Positions 50,467-60,635 of a stretch of DNA of 63,747 nucleotides are shown one piece after another. The position numbers and the translations under genes are program-made. Where the stretch lies: the NCBI GenBank assembly GCA_963840455.1, contig CAWIYV010000012.1, positions 1-63,747 of the forward strand, in the 5' to 3' direction. The DNA comes from Nitrospirota bacterium. GTDB taxonomy: Bacteria > Nitrospirota > UBA9217. Position 1 is the first letter of the stretch. Each line of letters starts with the position of its first letter. The notes below the pieces were generated by a model. It had not been told where the DNA came from and did no database searches. It worked only from the letters and a program-made list of their open reading frames with translations.

Positions 50467-52437
50467 TCACCCCACCTTGATCGCCCGGACCTCTGCGGCC
50501 CTTTCATCGACCGGGACCAAGGGCAGATCGCCCTTTTTCTTGACCGGAAGGTTTCGGAGGAAGTCCATGATCGCCTGCCATTCCTTGATCTCTCGGACAC
50601 TGCCGTTCTCCGTCACGGTGTCTACGCTCGCCTTGTCCATTATCGTGCCCGGCGGCGGCAGCAGGTAACCAGAGTTTTCGCGGGGCGCGTCGAGTGCCTC
50701 GACTCTGGACTTGAGGGGCTGCCCCGCCTTGTTCTTGGGAACAAGAGCCAGCTTACCTTTGGTGTTCTTGGGGATGTCCACTATAAATTTGCCGAGCATC
50801 AGGGGACACGTGAGGCTGTACAACCGTTCATCCCTGCCTGTGATGTCGATCTCTTTGTAGCCGCGGTCCAGATCCCCCAGTTCGATAGCAGTGACGACGT
50901 CGAACTTCGGACGCGACTGGTCGTAGCGGAACCTCAGGCCGGATGCGCGGGGAAAGAACTCACCCGGATGGGCGGGGTTGTCTACGAGCCAGAACTCGAG
51001 CAGGTTCTTCAGGTCCAGGCCCGTGAACCAGCCGGTCACCAGAGCGCTGCCCGCCGTCGTATCCACCACACCGTAACCGAGGGGTGCCACGGCGAATATA
51101 TCGTAGACCGTTTGTACGCCGGACTTTCCCCGGGACAGGCCGGCTCGCATCAGCCCGTTGACGCTGAATCCGATGTCTGCTTTCGTCGCGCCGCGGAAGG
51201 CGTCGGTGCAGAGGTTGGCGAGGATCGTGCCGGCTGCGATATCGGCATACGCATTGGGCAGGTCCTGAGGAATGATCGCCAGCTGCTGGTCGACGCTATA
51301 GCCGCGTGAAGCGAAAACAGCCGCGGTGACGGACTTCTTGAGCTTTTCGATCTCGTCGGCGATTGCCTTGTCGCCGGCAATGGTGTCGTCGATCGGATAC
51401 AGGTGATAGGACTCGACCTTAAGTTTGCCGCTGTCCAATGTGATCACCAACTCGCCCAGGTTCTTCCCTTCCTTTCCGGTCTGGACCACAGGCGTGCGAT
51501 CGTTGACAATGATCGCCTCATTAAGGAAGGTATGGCTGTGACCTCCGATCACCACGTCGATGCCAGGCACAGAAGCAAGGCTCACGTCATCCCCCTCGCT
51601 GAAACGCCCATCCTTGCCTTTCTGCACGCCGCCGTGGCTGAGAGCGATGACCACATCCACTTTCTCGACTTCTCGGAGAACTTTCACCATTTCTCGGGAA
51701 GTCTCGATGAAGTCAGTGAAGGTTACCGCACCGCCATTGGCGTAGAAGATGGCTTCTTTCCCGATCACTCCGAAGAGGCCAAAGCGAATGCCGCCTCGCT
51801 CTATCACCTGATAGCGTCGGACCACCCCCTCTTTTGCCAGGCGCTGGAGGTCGGCCAGTGTGGCGTCGCTCCCGGGGAAACTGGTATTCGAGGCGAGCAC
51901 TGAGGGAACATGGCCAGCTTTTGCCGCAACGTCGATCGATTTGCCCAGGCCTTCAGGCCCGTAATCAAATTCATGGTTGCCGTAAGTTGTGGCGTCGTAT
52001 CCCATTCTGCCCATGAGCTGCAGTTCACCGCCGATCTCGCGGGTGGCAGCGCCGAATGCGGTCCCCATGCTGTAGTCACCCGCGTCAAGCACCAGTACCG
52101 GCCCCTGGGCTTTGCGCGCTTCCTTCCTTTTCACGATCAGGGCGGCCAGGCGCGCATACCCGCCCTGTGTCTTGTCGTCGTTGAGCGCGAACGGCGTATA
52201 GTCCGAGGCCGGACCCAGCCCGATGAAGGCCGAGTGCATGTCATTGGTGTGCAGGATGGTGAAGGTCTTCTTCCCGTCCACTGCCGCGAACAGCCCTCCA
52301 GGCAACAAGATCGTCGCGCCGACTGCCGCTGAACCGATCAGGAAATCACGACGGGTGATCGTATTGCGCGATGCGGCGGTAATGATTTTTTTATTTTCCT
52401 CTACGGTTGGTTTCTTGTTTCTGATCTTCATCGACAA
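50467..52437 (-). CDS. Tat-exported 5'-nucleotidase/metallophosphoesterase
   Basis: TRRDFL Tat motif; HTNDMH, DAGD, GNHEFD, LSH and GGHSH motifs. Confidence 0.9.
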   Translation of the reverse strand: MSMKIRNKKPTVEENKKIITAASRNTITRRDFLIGSAAVGATILLPGGLFAAVDGKKTFTILHTNDMHSAFIGLGPASDYTPFALNDDKTQGGYARLAALIVKRKEARKAQGPVLVLDAGDYSMGTAFGAATREIGGELQLMGRMGYDATTYGNHEFDYGPEGLGKSIDVAAKAGHVPSVLASNTSFPGSDATLADLQRLAKEGVVRRYQVIERGGIRFGLFGVIGKEAIFYANGGAVTFTDFIETSREMVKVLREVEKVDVVIALSHGGVQKGKDGRFSEGDDVSLASVPGIDVVIGGHSHTFLNEAIIVNDRTPVVQTGKEGKNLGELVITLDSGKLKVESYHLYPIDDTIAGDKAIADEIEKLKKSVTAAVFASRGYSVDQQLAIIPQDLPNAYADIAAGTILANLCTDAFRGATKADIGFSVNGLMRAGLSRGKSGVQTVYDIFAVAPLGYGVVDTTAGSALVTGWFTGLDLKNLLEFWLVDNPAHPGEFFPRASGLRFRYDQSRPKFDVVTAIELGDLDRGYKEIDITGRDERLYSLTCPLMLGKFIVDIPKNTKGKLALVPKNKAGQPLKSRVEALDAPRENSGYLLPPPGTIMDKASVDTVTENGSVREIKEWQAIMDFLRNLPVKKKGDLPLVPVDERAAEVRAIKVG

Positions 52438-52470
52438 GGCCTCACTTTAAGGTTGTAATAATCTCTAATT

Positions 52471-52545
52471 CGCAGGCTAAAGCCTGCGGCTACCAAATCG
52501 TATCGTAATCACTTATTGCATGGTAGCCGCACCCTTTAGAATGCG
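52471..52545. repeat. Inverted pair of GTAG-type REP sequences (REPIN-like)
   Basis: CGCAGGCTAAAGCCTGCGGCTAC (52471-52493) and GTAGCCGCACCCTTTAGAATGCG (52523-52545). Confidence 0.68.
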
Positions 52546-52580
52546 TTTTCTGACGTTCAATATTTTTTCAACAGATAAGT

Positions 52581-52614
52581 GGGGCCGCACCCGCCTTGCG
52601 ACGGGCGCGGCCCC
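52581..52614 (-). terminator. GC-rich hairpin after the arylsulfatase
   Basis: GGGGCCGCACCCG / CGGGCGCGGCCCC stem; weak U-tail. Confidence 0.45.
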
Positions 52615-52646
52615 TGCTTCAAATAAGCGTTACCCTGAACGCGACA

Positions 52647-54278
52647 TCAGTTATTGCCACCCTTCGGATTTTCCATCTTCTTCATAGTTTCCTCAAGCGC
52701 CTTCTTGATGCTGAGCGTGTCCGCTTTCTGGCGCGGCGGGAACTCCGCCAGACTCTTCAGATGCTCCGCGATGAACGGGCCGGCTGCGTTCGGCGCCCAC
52801 AGGTGATTCGCGAAGAATTGCTTGCCAACGTATCCGAACTCTTCCGAGTCCGGGTCCATTTTTTCCAGCGGGTCCATCAGCAGGTTGAAGAGATGCGGAA
52901 CGCTGGGGTAGGTCTTCTCGTCGAACCAGGTTCCCTTCGACTTGACGCCGATGTGCATCTTCCAGGCATCCACGCGAATGGCCATCAGGTCGGTCTCGTC
53001 ATAGAAGAAGAATGCGCGGCGGGCGGTTTTGGGAGACTTGCCCGTCCAGTAGTCGAGCTGGTTGTAGCCGTCGAGATGCACCTTGTATGTCATGGTGCCC
53101 ATCTTCTTGCCTTTGAGCAGTTCTTCCTTCAGGTTCGGCATTCCCGCCGCAGCAGCCAAGGTGACAAAGAGGTCCTCGTGGCTCTGGAGGCCGTTGAATT
53201 CCGATCCGGGCGCGATAAGACCGGGCCATTTGATAAGGAGCGGCACGCGGAAGCCGCCTTCCCAGGTGGTTCCCTTTTCGCCGTGGAAAGGAGCATACCC
53301 GGCGTCGGGCCACATCATCATCTCGTTACCGTTGTCGGTGGAGTAGATAACGATGGTATTGTCCTCGACGCCAAGGTCTTTGAGCTTCTTCAAGAGCATT
53401 CCGACCTGCTCATCATGCTCGAGCATCTTGGCGCGGGCGACGTCGGATTCGGGGCGGCCTTCGTCCACTGCCATCTGGACATACTTCTTCGGCGAATGCG
53501 ACCAGATGTGGATGGCAGTGCTGTTGAACCAGACAAAGAAGGGCTTGTCGCCCTTGCCTACTTTGTCCAGGTATTTCAGGGTCATGTCGAGCACTTCGGC
53601 GTCAAAGGTCTCCATGCGCTTGCGCGTCAGCTGGCCGTCCTTTTCGATCTTTTGCTTGCCGACGCGGCCGAAGACCGGATCCACGGTCGGGTCGTCCACA
53701 TCGGTCGCCCAGGTATGCAGAATGTCGCGTGGGCCATACTTCTTCAGGTACTCCGGGTTCTTCTGACCGGGGTATGCGAGCTGTTCGGGCTCCTCCTGGG
53801 CGTTCAGGTGATAGAGATTGCCATACCACTCGTCGAAGCCGTGGACGGTCGGCAGGAACTCATTGCGGTCGCCCAGGTGGTTCTTGCCGAACTGGGCGGT
53901 CGCGTAGCCCTGCGACTTCAGCACCTCGGCAAGCGTCGGATCTTCCTTCTGGAGGCCAAGCGTCGACCCGGGGATGCCGATGGTGGTCTCGCCGGTCCTT
54001 AGCGGCATTTGCCCGGTGATGAATGCAGCACGCCCCGCGGTGCAGCTGCCCTGACCGTAGTGGTCGGTGAAGATCGCGCCTTGTTTGGCCAGGCTGTCAA
54101 TGCTCGGCGTCTTGCCCATCATGCCATGGGTGTAAGCGCCGACATTCCACATGCCGATGTCATCTCCCCAGATGACGAGGATGTTCGGCTTTTTCTGCTC
54201 CGCCGCAATTGCCGGGCTGACGATGAGAGCCAGACCGACAACCATCATGGCGAGCAATACTGTTATCTTCGTTCTCAT
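52647..54278 (-). CDS. Arylsulfatase (Cys-type), exported
   Basis: PNILVIWGDDIG, SCTAGRAAFITG (CxxxR), GKNHLG, STDNG and KGTTWEGG motifs. Confidence 0.92.
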   Translation of the reverse strand: MRTKITVLLAMMVVGLALIVSPAIAAEQKKPNILVIWGDDIGMWNVGAYTHGMMGKTPSIDSLAKQGAIFTDHYGQGSCTAGRAAFITGQMPLRTGETTIGIPGSTLGLQKEDPTLAEVLKSQGYATAQFGKNHLGDRNEFLPTVHGFDEWYGNLYHLNAQEEPEQLAYPGQKNPEYLKKYGPRDILHTWATDVDDPTVDPVFGRVGKQKIEKDGQLTRKRMETFDAEVLDMTLKYLDKVGKGDKPFFVWFNSTAIHIWSHSPKKYVQMAVDEGRPESDVARAKMLEHDEQVGMLLKKLKDLGVEDNTIVIYSTDNGNEMMMWPDAGYAPFHGEKGTTWEGGFRVPLLIKWPGLIAPGSEFNGLQSHEDLFVTLAAAAGMPNLKEELLKGKKMGTMTYKVHLDGYNQLDYWTGKSPKTARRAFFFYDETDLMAIRVDAWKMHIGVKSKGTWFDEKTYPSVPHLFNLLMDPLEKMDPDSEEFGYVGKQFFANHLWAPNAAGPFIAEHLKSLAEFPPRQKADTLSIKKALEETMKKMENPKGGNN

Positions 54279-54353
54279 ATGCTCCTCCTTAGTTAGAATG
54301 CGCAGGTCTTCTTTCAGATTTATGTGTCCCTTTCCTCACTTCCTTAGTAAGAA

Positions 54354-54413
54354 AGGATTCAAGGGGTCAAGTGAGAAGCACAAGTCACTTGACCCGTCGG
54401 ACCCTAGAACCCT
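54354..54413. repeat. Octamer inverted element
   Basis: AGGATTCAAGGGGTCAAGTGA...TCACTTGACCCGTCGGACCCTAGAACCCT. Confidence 0.62.
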
Positions 54414-54417
54414 GTCT

Positions 54418-55944
54418 TTATTTCTCGTTCTTCACCATTTCGATCTCACCGGGCCGCCAGGTCTTGTCGAACCACGGCTGGAGCGGTCCGTACAGCCGCA
54501 GAAGCGTGTTCCAGCCTTTGCCAGGGACAGTTTGTACCCAGTTGCTCTCTTTGCCTTTCGGAGCTTTCGGTCCGAAATAGACATCCACCGAACTGTCCGG
54601 ATTGACCTGAAGTCCTTTGGTCTGGCTGCTGACAGCCGGCCACTGCTGGTCGGTCTGGAGCATCGAGCGGGTCTGGTTGTCGTAGAGGATCACCGACCAG
54701 AAGTTGGCGACCGGGATATTGGGAGGCAGGTGCAGCTTGTAGTTCTTGCCGCCGTCAAGAAAATTGCCTTTGGAATCGACAAAGGCCGCCATATACTGCG
54801 ACCCCTGTCCAACCATCCTGGAATCCATGGCCGGCGTTACGCCGGTGGCGTAGAAGAAAAATCCTGAGTATGCGTCCAGAATGCGCGTGCCCTTCTCCTC
54901 GAACTTATAGCCGCCGACAAATCCCAGGCGCCAAGCGCTTTTCGTGTCCGGATAATAATATCCCTCGGGCGTCCGCCAGCGATACATGACAGCGCGCGCT
55001 GTCGCGTCGCCCACTAACGCCGCCTCGGTGAGGATCTTCTTCATCCGCGCATCGGGATTAAATGGCTTGCCCTTCTGAATGCCGATGGATGCCCAGAGGC
55101 CCAACGTAACCGGGTCAATCGATTCTGTCGGCTCCTCCTGGACCACCTGGTTGAGATACTCCCAGAACGGATAATCGGCCGGGCCAACCGTGTTGAAATC
55201 CCGCCCTGATACGTTGACGAAATTCAACTTAGGCGGATTTGCGGCCTGCGACAACGGGTAGATCTTCGTGAACTGCTTGACCCGGTCCACGCCCGGCTTC
55301 GGATCGCTGTTCTCCAGGAAGGTGCGCCATGCGATCCAGTTGCTGTACGTCGCCGACCGCACCACAAAGTAGCCCTCCGGGACCGCACCTGTATAGCCGG
55401 GGGGGAGGAGCAGATACTTGCCGCCCGCACCCTTATCCGGCCCCACCATGCCCACATCGGTGACAAAGTGGTACCACATATCGTCGAGCAGCCCGAGGAC
55501 CTTCGGCGGGACCTCAACGACCAGGGGCCCCTTGGTCAGGTCGAGCCAGAACCAGGTATACGGCGTGTTATTGTTCGGCGTCAGGAAGATAGACCGGGCG
55601 TTCATCATGGTCTCGAAGATCGGCACGGTCGTGTTGGCCGGCCCCACCTCGAGGATTCCCTTGCGGTTCGCCGCCTGGTTCACCGGCGCCAGCCCGAGCA
55701 TATATGCCTGTACGGCATTCTGGAAGTCCAGATTGTCGTAGAGCTTTTCGACCGTAGCATCATCCGGGAAGCCGTCGAAGAATTTGAGCGTACCCAGCCG
55801 GGTCTCCACCTTGTCCGGTATCTCGATCCCCTGCGGGACCTTCGTGCTCATCTTCATTTTGGGCGGCTCAGCCCGGCCCGGCAGGACCATGATGACGATC
55901 ATCATAGCCGCAAGAACCGCTTTCTCCATCCATGCTCTTCTCAT
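54418..55944 (-). CDS. DUF1254/DUF1214 exported protein
   Basis: LTPNNNTPY, GPDKGAGGKYLLLPP, FWSVILYD and LRLYGP motifs. Confidence 0.88.
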   Translation of the reverse strand: MRRAWMEKAVLAAMMIVIMVLPGRAEPPKMKMSTKVPQGIEIPDKVETRLGTLKFFDGFPDDATVEKLYDNLDFQNAVQAYMLGLAPVNQAANRKGILEVGPANTTVPIFETMMNARSIFLTPNNNTPYTWFWLDLTKGPLVVEVPPKVLGLLDDMWYHFVTDVGMVGPDKGAGGKYLLLPPGYTGAVPEGYFVVRSATYSNWIAWRTFLENSDPKPGVDRVKQFTKIYPLSQAANPPKLNFVNVSGRDFNTVGPADYPFWEYLNQVVQEEPTESIDPVTLGLWASIGIQKGKPFNPDARMKKILTEAALVGDATARAVMYRWRTPEGYYYPDTKSAWRLGFVGGYKFEEKGTRILDAYSGFFFYATGVTPAMDSRMVGQGSQYMAAFVDSKGNFLDGGKNYKLHLPPNIPVANFWSVILYDNQTRSMLQTDQQWPAVSSQTKGLQVNPDSSVDVYFGPKAPKGKESNWVQTVPGKGWNTLLRLYGPLQPWFDKTWRPGEIEMVKNEK

Positions 55945-56060
55945 CGTATTCCTCCTGTTCGACTGTCATGTTTCCTGACCTTCTCAAGATCTTGAATTGC
56001 GCTGAACACCCTTCGCGTCATGTTTCTCTGCCTGCCCGCGCTGCAGCCGGATCGTCGGAC

Positions 56061-56468
56061 CTACTTTCCCTGAACCTGCGGCGAGACCGACGATGACCCG
56101 TCCATAGGGAAGGCCTTTGACCACTCTTCACGCGACATCTTTGCCTTCAGAGCGAACCGGTACCGGACCATCTTGTCCTGGCACGCCGCGGTGTCAGCGC
56201 GGAGCTGTTCCAGCACCGGCAGAAAGTCCCCGGTCTTCGCATCATGCCGCTCCGTGATGCCCGCCAGTTCCTTGACGGCCTTTCGCCCGGTCTTCGCGTA
56301 CTCCTTTGACGTCTTCTCCGACTCATCGATCACGGCGAGCAGTTCCTTTGCGCGTGCCTTGTCCTCGACATCGTTCTTGGCGACGATTTTCACACCTTTA
56401 AAAGCATCGCTGAACGGCGCAGTGCCCGACGAACCGAACAGATACAGCGCCAAGAGCGCCCAGATCAT
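56061..56468 (-). CDS. Hypothetical helical protein
   Basis: Start MIWALLALYLFG with RBS; resembles 56507..56962 (V..D.ARA.E...I....EW). Confidence 0.65.
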   Translation of the reverse strand: MIWALLALYLFGSSGTAPFSDAFKGVKIVAKNDVEDKARAKELLAVIDESEKTSKEYAKTGRKAVKELAGITERHDAKTGDFLPVLEQLRADTAACQDKMVRYRFALKAKMSREEWSKAFPMDGSSSVSPQVQGK

Positions 56469-56506
56469 ATTTACCTTCCTTTCCGTTCCCTGCCTGTCGC
56501 GTGCCG

Positions 56507-56962
56507 CTACATTCCCTGCTCGGCCCGCGCGGCTGCTTCGAACGCGCGAACTCCTGCTTTGGCGATGGCCTTCCATTCCTTTTCCGTAGTAAGACTCCTC
56601 GCCCGCTGATCCATCGCAAGGAGCCGGTCCTGTCGCCCGACCTTTTTCTCGTTGAACTCGCGGAAAGCCGACCGGAAGTCCTCTTCCGGTGCGTCATAGT
56701 TCCTGATCAAGGCCCACAGTCTGACGTCGTGGGCCTTCCTGGCTTCGGTCGCCTCTTTCATCAACAGCTCCAATTGATCGACGATCCCTGCGACCTCTGC
56801 GGCCCTGGCCGGGTCCTTGATCTCGTCCCGGACGATGGTACGGAGATCGTCAAAGGCCTCCGTCGCCGACTCAAGCGCCGTTGGTTTGGGCTGATGGGAG
56901 CAGCCGGTCAGGACCAGGAGGACACCGAGTATTCGCACTGCGTTCAGCAAAGCTCTGTTCAT
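56507..56962 (-). CDS. Hypothetical helical lipoprotein
   Basis: Lipobox LTGC; RBS AAGGAG upstream of ATG 56962. Confidence 0.7.
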   Translation of the reverse strand: MNRALLNAVRILGVLLVLTGCSHQPKPTALESATEAFDDLRTIVRDEIKDPARAAEVAGIVDQLELLMKEATEARKAHDVRLWALIRNYDAPEEDFRSAFREFNEKKVGRQDRLLAMDQRARSLTTEKEWKAIAKAGVRAFEAAARAEQGM

Positions 56963-57163
56963 TTCCAATCTCCTTCGCCGGTTCGTCTTTCTGCTGCCAT
57001 GGTAGGAGCTCGGCCTTTCGAAGCTACTCCTTCAAATAACGCGACCTCCCGCGATTCGACTCCATCCCTCTCCCCGCGGAATCCGGCGGATCTCTGTCCC
57101 AGTGATCGAAAAACTGCACCGGGAAGGAAAGAGCATGTCACCCATTCCTTCCCGGCGGTAACA

Positions 57164-57320
57164 TCAATCCGACATCGCTTTCTTCTTGGCCGCTTCCTTC
57201 TGCCCCTGCTCCGCCTCCACCTTCTCCGGCGCTTTCATCGGTTTGACCTCGACAGTCACCTTAGTGATATGGCCGGTGAACTTCGACTTCGCTTCCGAAC
57301 CGATGGCCTCGACCACCGGC
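57164..57320 (-). pseudogene. Orphan 3' fragment of the large arylsulfatase
   Basis: PVVEAIGSEAKSKFTGHITKVTVEVKPMKAPEKVEAEQGQKEAAKKKAMSD*; about 19 mismatches in 157 nt versus 61057..61213. Confidence 0.92.
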
Positions 57321-57426
57321 TGTGCGTCAGGACGTGTACCAGATCGGCGACGGCCAGGCGCGCTCGAGAACCGTCACTTCACCTTTTCTTGGACCCCTCG
57401 CTCCTTGGACCCTTTTCTTTCCAACC

Positions 57427-58431
57427 TCATTTCCCCTCTGCCGGGAAAATCCGTTTCCAGTCGTTCTTCATGTCTACCACCGTCCAGCCTTTGGCCTTGG
57501 CCTCGTCAAGCGCCTTGTCCAGCCGACCGATTGAGGACGTACGGTCGTAGGCCCATTCACGCTCAGCGTCGGTGTGATGGACGATCAATGCGAAGCGCGG
57601 CCCGCTGCCGGCAGCCGTCCATTGCAGCATCTGCAAATCTCCATCGGAGTTGCCGAAAGCGGCGATGGGGCGACGACCGATGCGATTTTCTATGCCGACG
57701 GGCTTGCCTTCCTTGTCGTCATTCAGGTCAACGGAGGGCAGCTTTACTAGCACCGGCCTGCCCTCACGCATTTCGAACTGCAATTTTACGCTGCTGCCCA
57801 CGACCTGCTCCGGCGGGATGCCATAGACCTTTTCGGTCCACGGGCGCATGAACTCAATGCCGCCGCCGGAGACGATAAATGTCTTGAACCCGTTGGAGCG
57901 AAGATAAGCAAGTAGTTCGAGCATAGGCTGATAGACCATCTCCGTGTACAGCTTGCCGGTCTTCGGATGCCTTGCCGCCGCGATCCAGTCGCTCACGATC
58001 TTCTCGAATTCCTCGGTGGTCATGCCGGTGTGCGTGGCGGCCAGCATTTCCAGCAGGCCTTTTTCACCCGCAGCAGCGACACCCTTCATGTCGCCCTTGA
58101 GCAGCGAAGCGAAGGGTTCTTTTGTCTTCCACTCAGGATGCTGCGGCGCGAGGGCCTTCACACGGTCAATAAGGAACAGACCCTGGAAGTACATGGGCTG
58201 CTCGGCCCACAGAGTGCCGTCGTTGTCGAAGACGGCGAAGCGTTCGGGTACCGGCACGAACTCCGGCGAGCCTTCTTTTGTCACCTTCGCGACGAAAGTG
58301 ATTATGGCCTGCTTGGCCTTGCCGTCATTCCAGGAGGGCAGAATCTCTGCGGCGTGAACAATGGTAGTGGCGCAAACCAGCACACCGATGAGCGCGGCGG
58401 CAATGAGGTCTTGGATGCGTTTGGTTTTCAT
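57427..58431 (-). CDS. Exported HAD-family hydrolase
   Basis: Signal peptide; FDNDGTLW, IVSGG and FGNSDGD motifs. Confidence 0.9.
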   Translation of the reverse strand: MKTKRIQDLIAAALIGVLVCATTIVHAAEILPSWNDGKAKQAIITFVAKVTKEGSPEFVPVPERFAVFDNDGTLWAEQPMYFQGLFLIDRVKALAPQHPEWKTKEPFASLLKGDMKGVAAAGEKGLLEMLAATHTGMTTEEFEKIVSDWIAAARHPKTGKLYTEMVYQPMLELLAYLRSNGFKTFIVSGGGIEFMRPWTEKVYGIPPEQVVGSSVKLQFEMREGRPVLVKLPSVDLNDDKEGKPVGIENRIGRRPIAAFGNSDGDLQMLQWTAAGSGPRFALIVHHTDAEREWAYDRTSSIGRLDKALDEAKAKGWTVVDMKNDWKRIFPAEGK

Positions 58432-58541
58432 TTCGGCAGTCCTCCCACAGTCGTGACAATCCCTGTGATCCAAAAGAAATATGATAACGTTTTATCGAAT
58501 GAATTGTTCATGAGAGCGATGTTCCTTTTTGTCTAAGTAAT

Positions 58542-58569
58542 GCGCCCGCCGCCGTGAGACGGCGGGCGC
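58542..58569 (-). terminator. GC-rich hairpin after the arylsulfatase
   Basis: GCGCCCGCCG / CGGCGGGCGC perfect 10-bp stem. Confidence 0.5.
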
Positions 58570-58586
58570 CGTAGTGCTCTGTCGCG

Positions 58587-60251
58587 TTACTTGCTTGCGC
58601 CGCCAGCAGCTGCTTTTTCCATTTTAGCCTGCATTTCCTCCAGCGCCTTCTTGATGCTCAGTGTGTCGGCGCCCTGGCTCGGTGGGTATTCCATCAAACT
58701 CTTCAGGTGCGCACCGATGATCGGTCCGGATGCGTTCAACGCCCACATCTTGTGCGCGAAGAACTGCCGGCTAGCGGTGCCCCATTCATGCGACTCCTGA
58801 TCCATTTTCTCCATGGGGTCCATCTGCAAGTTGAAGAAATACGGAATGCTGGGATAATACTTGTCGTTCCACCAGCTGCCCTCTTTCTTTACCCCGATAT
58901 GCATCTTCCAACTGTCCACACGCAAGGCCATGAGATCGGTCTCGTCGTAGTAGAAAATTTCCCTGCGGGCGGATTTCTCGGACTTGCCGGTCCAGAGGTC
59001 GAGCTGGTTATAGCCGTCGAGGTGGACCTTGTAGGTCATGTCGCCCATCTTGTAGCCCTTGAGCAGGTCTTGTGTAAGGCTCGGCAAACCAGCCGCCGCC
59101 GCGAGGGTGACGTAAACATCTTCGTGGTTCTGGATGCCATTGACCACTTGCCCGGGCTTGATGTGGCCGGGCCACTTCACCATCATCGGGACGCGCACGC
59201 CGCCTTCCCAGGTGGTGCCCTTTTCACCGCGGAAGGGTGCGTAGCCACCGTCCGGCCAGAGCATCAGTTCGTTGCCGTTGTCGGTGCTGTAAATGACGAT
59301 GGTGTTGTCGGCGATACCGAGTTCGTCGAGTTTCTTGAGCAGCGAGCCGACCAGTTCGTCGTGCTCGATCATGCGGGCTCGGACCACGTCCTCTTCGGGC
59401 CGGCCCTCATCCACCGCCTTCTGAAGGTATTTCTGCGCGGGGCGAGAGCGGATGTGAATCGCCGTCGAGTTATACCAACAGAAGAACGGCTTGTCGCTCT
59501 TGCCATGCTTGTCCAGCCACTTCAACGTCTCAGCGGTTACCTCGGCGTCGACGGTCTCCATGCGCTTGCGAGTGAGCTTGCCGATGTCCTCGATCTTCTG
59601 TTTGCCGACACGGCCAAACTTCGGGTCAACCGTCGGGTCATCCACATTCGTGGCCCAGGTGTGGAGCATGCCGCGCGGCGCAAACATCTGGGTAAATTTG
59701 GCTGACTGCTCAGCTGTGCGAAGCTTGGGATTTACCTGCCCGGGGTAGTCGAGTTCTTCGGGCTCCTCTTCCGCGTTCAGGTGATAGAGGTTGCCATACC
59801 ATTCGTCAAACCCATGCACGGTGGGCAGGAACTCGTTGCGGTCACCCTGGTGGTTCTTGCCAAACTGCGCGGTCGCGTAGCCCAGCGATTTCAGCACCTC
59901 GGCCAGCGTGGGATCGGATTTTTGAATCCCGCGCGTCGAGCCGGGAATCCCGATGGTCGTCATCCCGGTGCGGATGGGCAACTGCCCCATGATGAACGCC
60001 GCGCGGCCGGCGGTGCAACTCGGCTGGCCGTAGTGGTCGGTGAAGAGCATGCCCTGCTTGGCGATACTATCGATTTGCGGCGTTTTCCCCATCATGCCGA
60101 GCGAATACGCGCCGACATTCCACATGCCGATGTCGTCGCCCCAGATGACGAGGATGTTCGGCTTCTTCTGTTCTGCCGCAGATGTTGGGCTGGCGATCAA
60201 AGCCAATCCGACAATGATTATGGCGAGCACTACTGCTATCTTTGTTCTCAT
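58587..60251 (-). CDS. Arylsulfatase (Cys-type), paralog of 52647..54278
   Basis: SCTAGRAAFIMG motif; very similar signal peptide and N-terminus. Confidence 0.92.
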   Translation of the reverse strand: MRTKIAVVLAIIIVGLALIASPTSAAEQKKPNILVIWGDDIGMWNVGAYSLGMMGKTPQIDSIAKQGMLFTDHYGQPSCTAGRAAFIMGQLPIRTGMTTIGIPGSTRGIQKSDPTLAEVLKSLGYATAQFGKNHQGDRNEFLPTVHGFDEWYGNLYHLNAEEEPEELDYPGQVNPKLRTAEQSAKFTQMFAPRGMLHTWATNVDDPTVDPKFGRVGKQKIEDIGKLTRKRMETVDAEVTAETLKWLDKHGKSDKPFFCWYNSTAIHIRSRPAQKYLQKAVDEGRPEEDVVRARMIEHDELVGSLLKKLDELGIADNTIVIYSTDNGNELMLWPDGGYAPFRGEKGTTWEGGVRVPMMVKWPGHIKPGQVVNGIQNHEDVYVTLAAAAGLPSLTQDLLKGYKMGDMTYKVHLDGYNQLDLWTGKSEKSARREIFYYDETDLMALRVDSWKMHIGVKKEGSWWNDKYYPSIPYFFNLQMDPMEKMDQESHEWGTASRQFFAHKMWALNASGPIIGAHLKSLMEYPPSQGADTLSIKKALEEMQAKMEKAAAGGASK

Positions 60252-60341
60252 AACACCTCCTTGTTGGTACGTTGCTCTCTGCGGAAATCCGTTAGACTAT
60301 GTTCCAGTGGTCACACAACCTCACCTCCTTATTTAAAATAC

Positions 60342-60590
60342 AGGGTCCAAGGATTGAAGCTCCCTGCAGCAAGCAGCAGGGAATCTTCGATCATCAAGGT
60401 ATTACTATTTATTCTAATCGCTCGCTAACCCCGCGTCATGCTGGGGGAATGCGCTCGCTCCTCGATTCGAGGGTTCGAAGGTTCAAGTGAAAACTCTAAA
60501 CGCTCACCCGTTCTAAATTCTGTCTTTCGTCTTTTCACGCGGACACTGGAACCCTTTGCCCCACAGACCCTGTTCTTTCCCCTCGACCCT
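60342..60590. repeat. Octamer inverted element interrupted by the 117-bp element
   Basis: AGGGTCCAAGGA[insert]GGGTTCGAAGGTTCAAGTGA...GGACACTGGAACCCTTTGCCCC...CCCTCGACCCT. Confidence 0.6.
60354..60470. mobile_element. 117-bp non-autonomous element, copy 2
   Basis: Same length as 15519..15635 and closely similar, sharing AGGGAATCTTCGATC, TTATTCTAATCGCTCGCTAACCCCGC and GGGGAATGCGCTCGCTCCT. Confidence 0.68.
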
Positions 60591-60597
60591 GTTGTTA

Positions 60598-60614
60598 TAA
60601 TCCGACATCGCCTT
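60598..60614. repeat. 17-bp direct repeat of the arylsulfatase 3' end
   Basis: TAATCCGACATCGCCTT occurs at 60598-60614 and 61058-61074, flanking gene 60636..61001. Confidence 0.85.
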
Positions 60615-60635
60615 GTCTCTCGTGTTATCTTTCCC

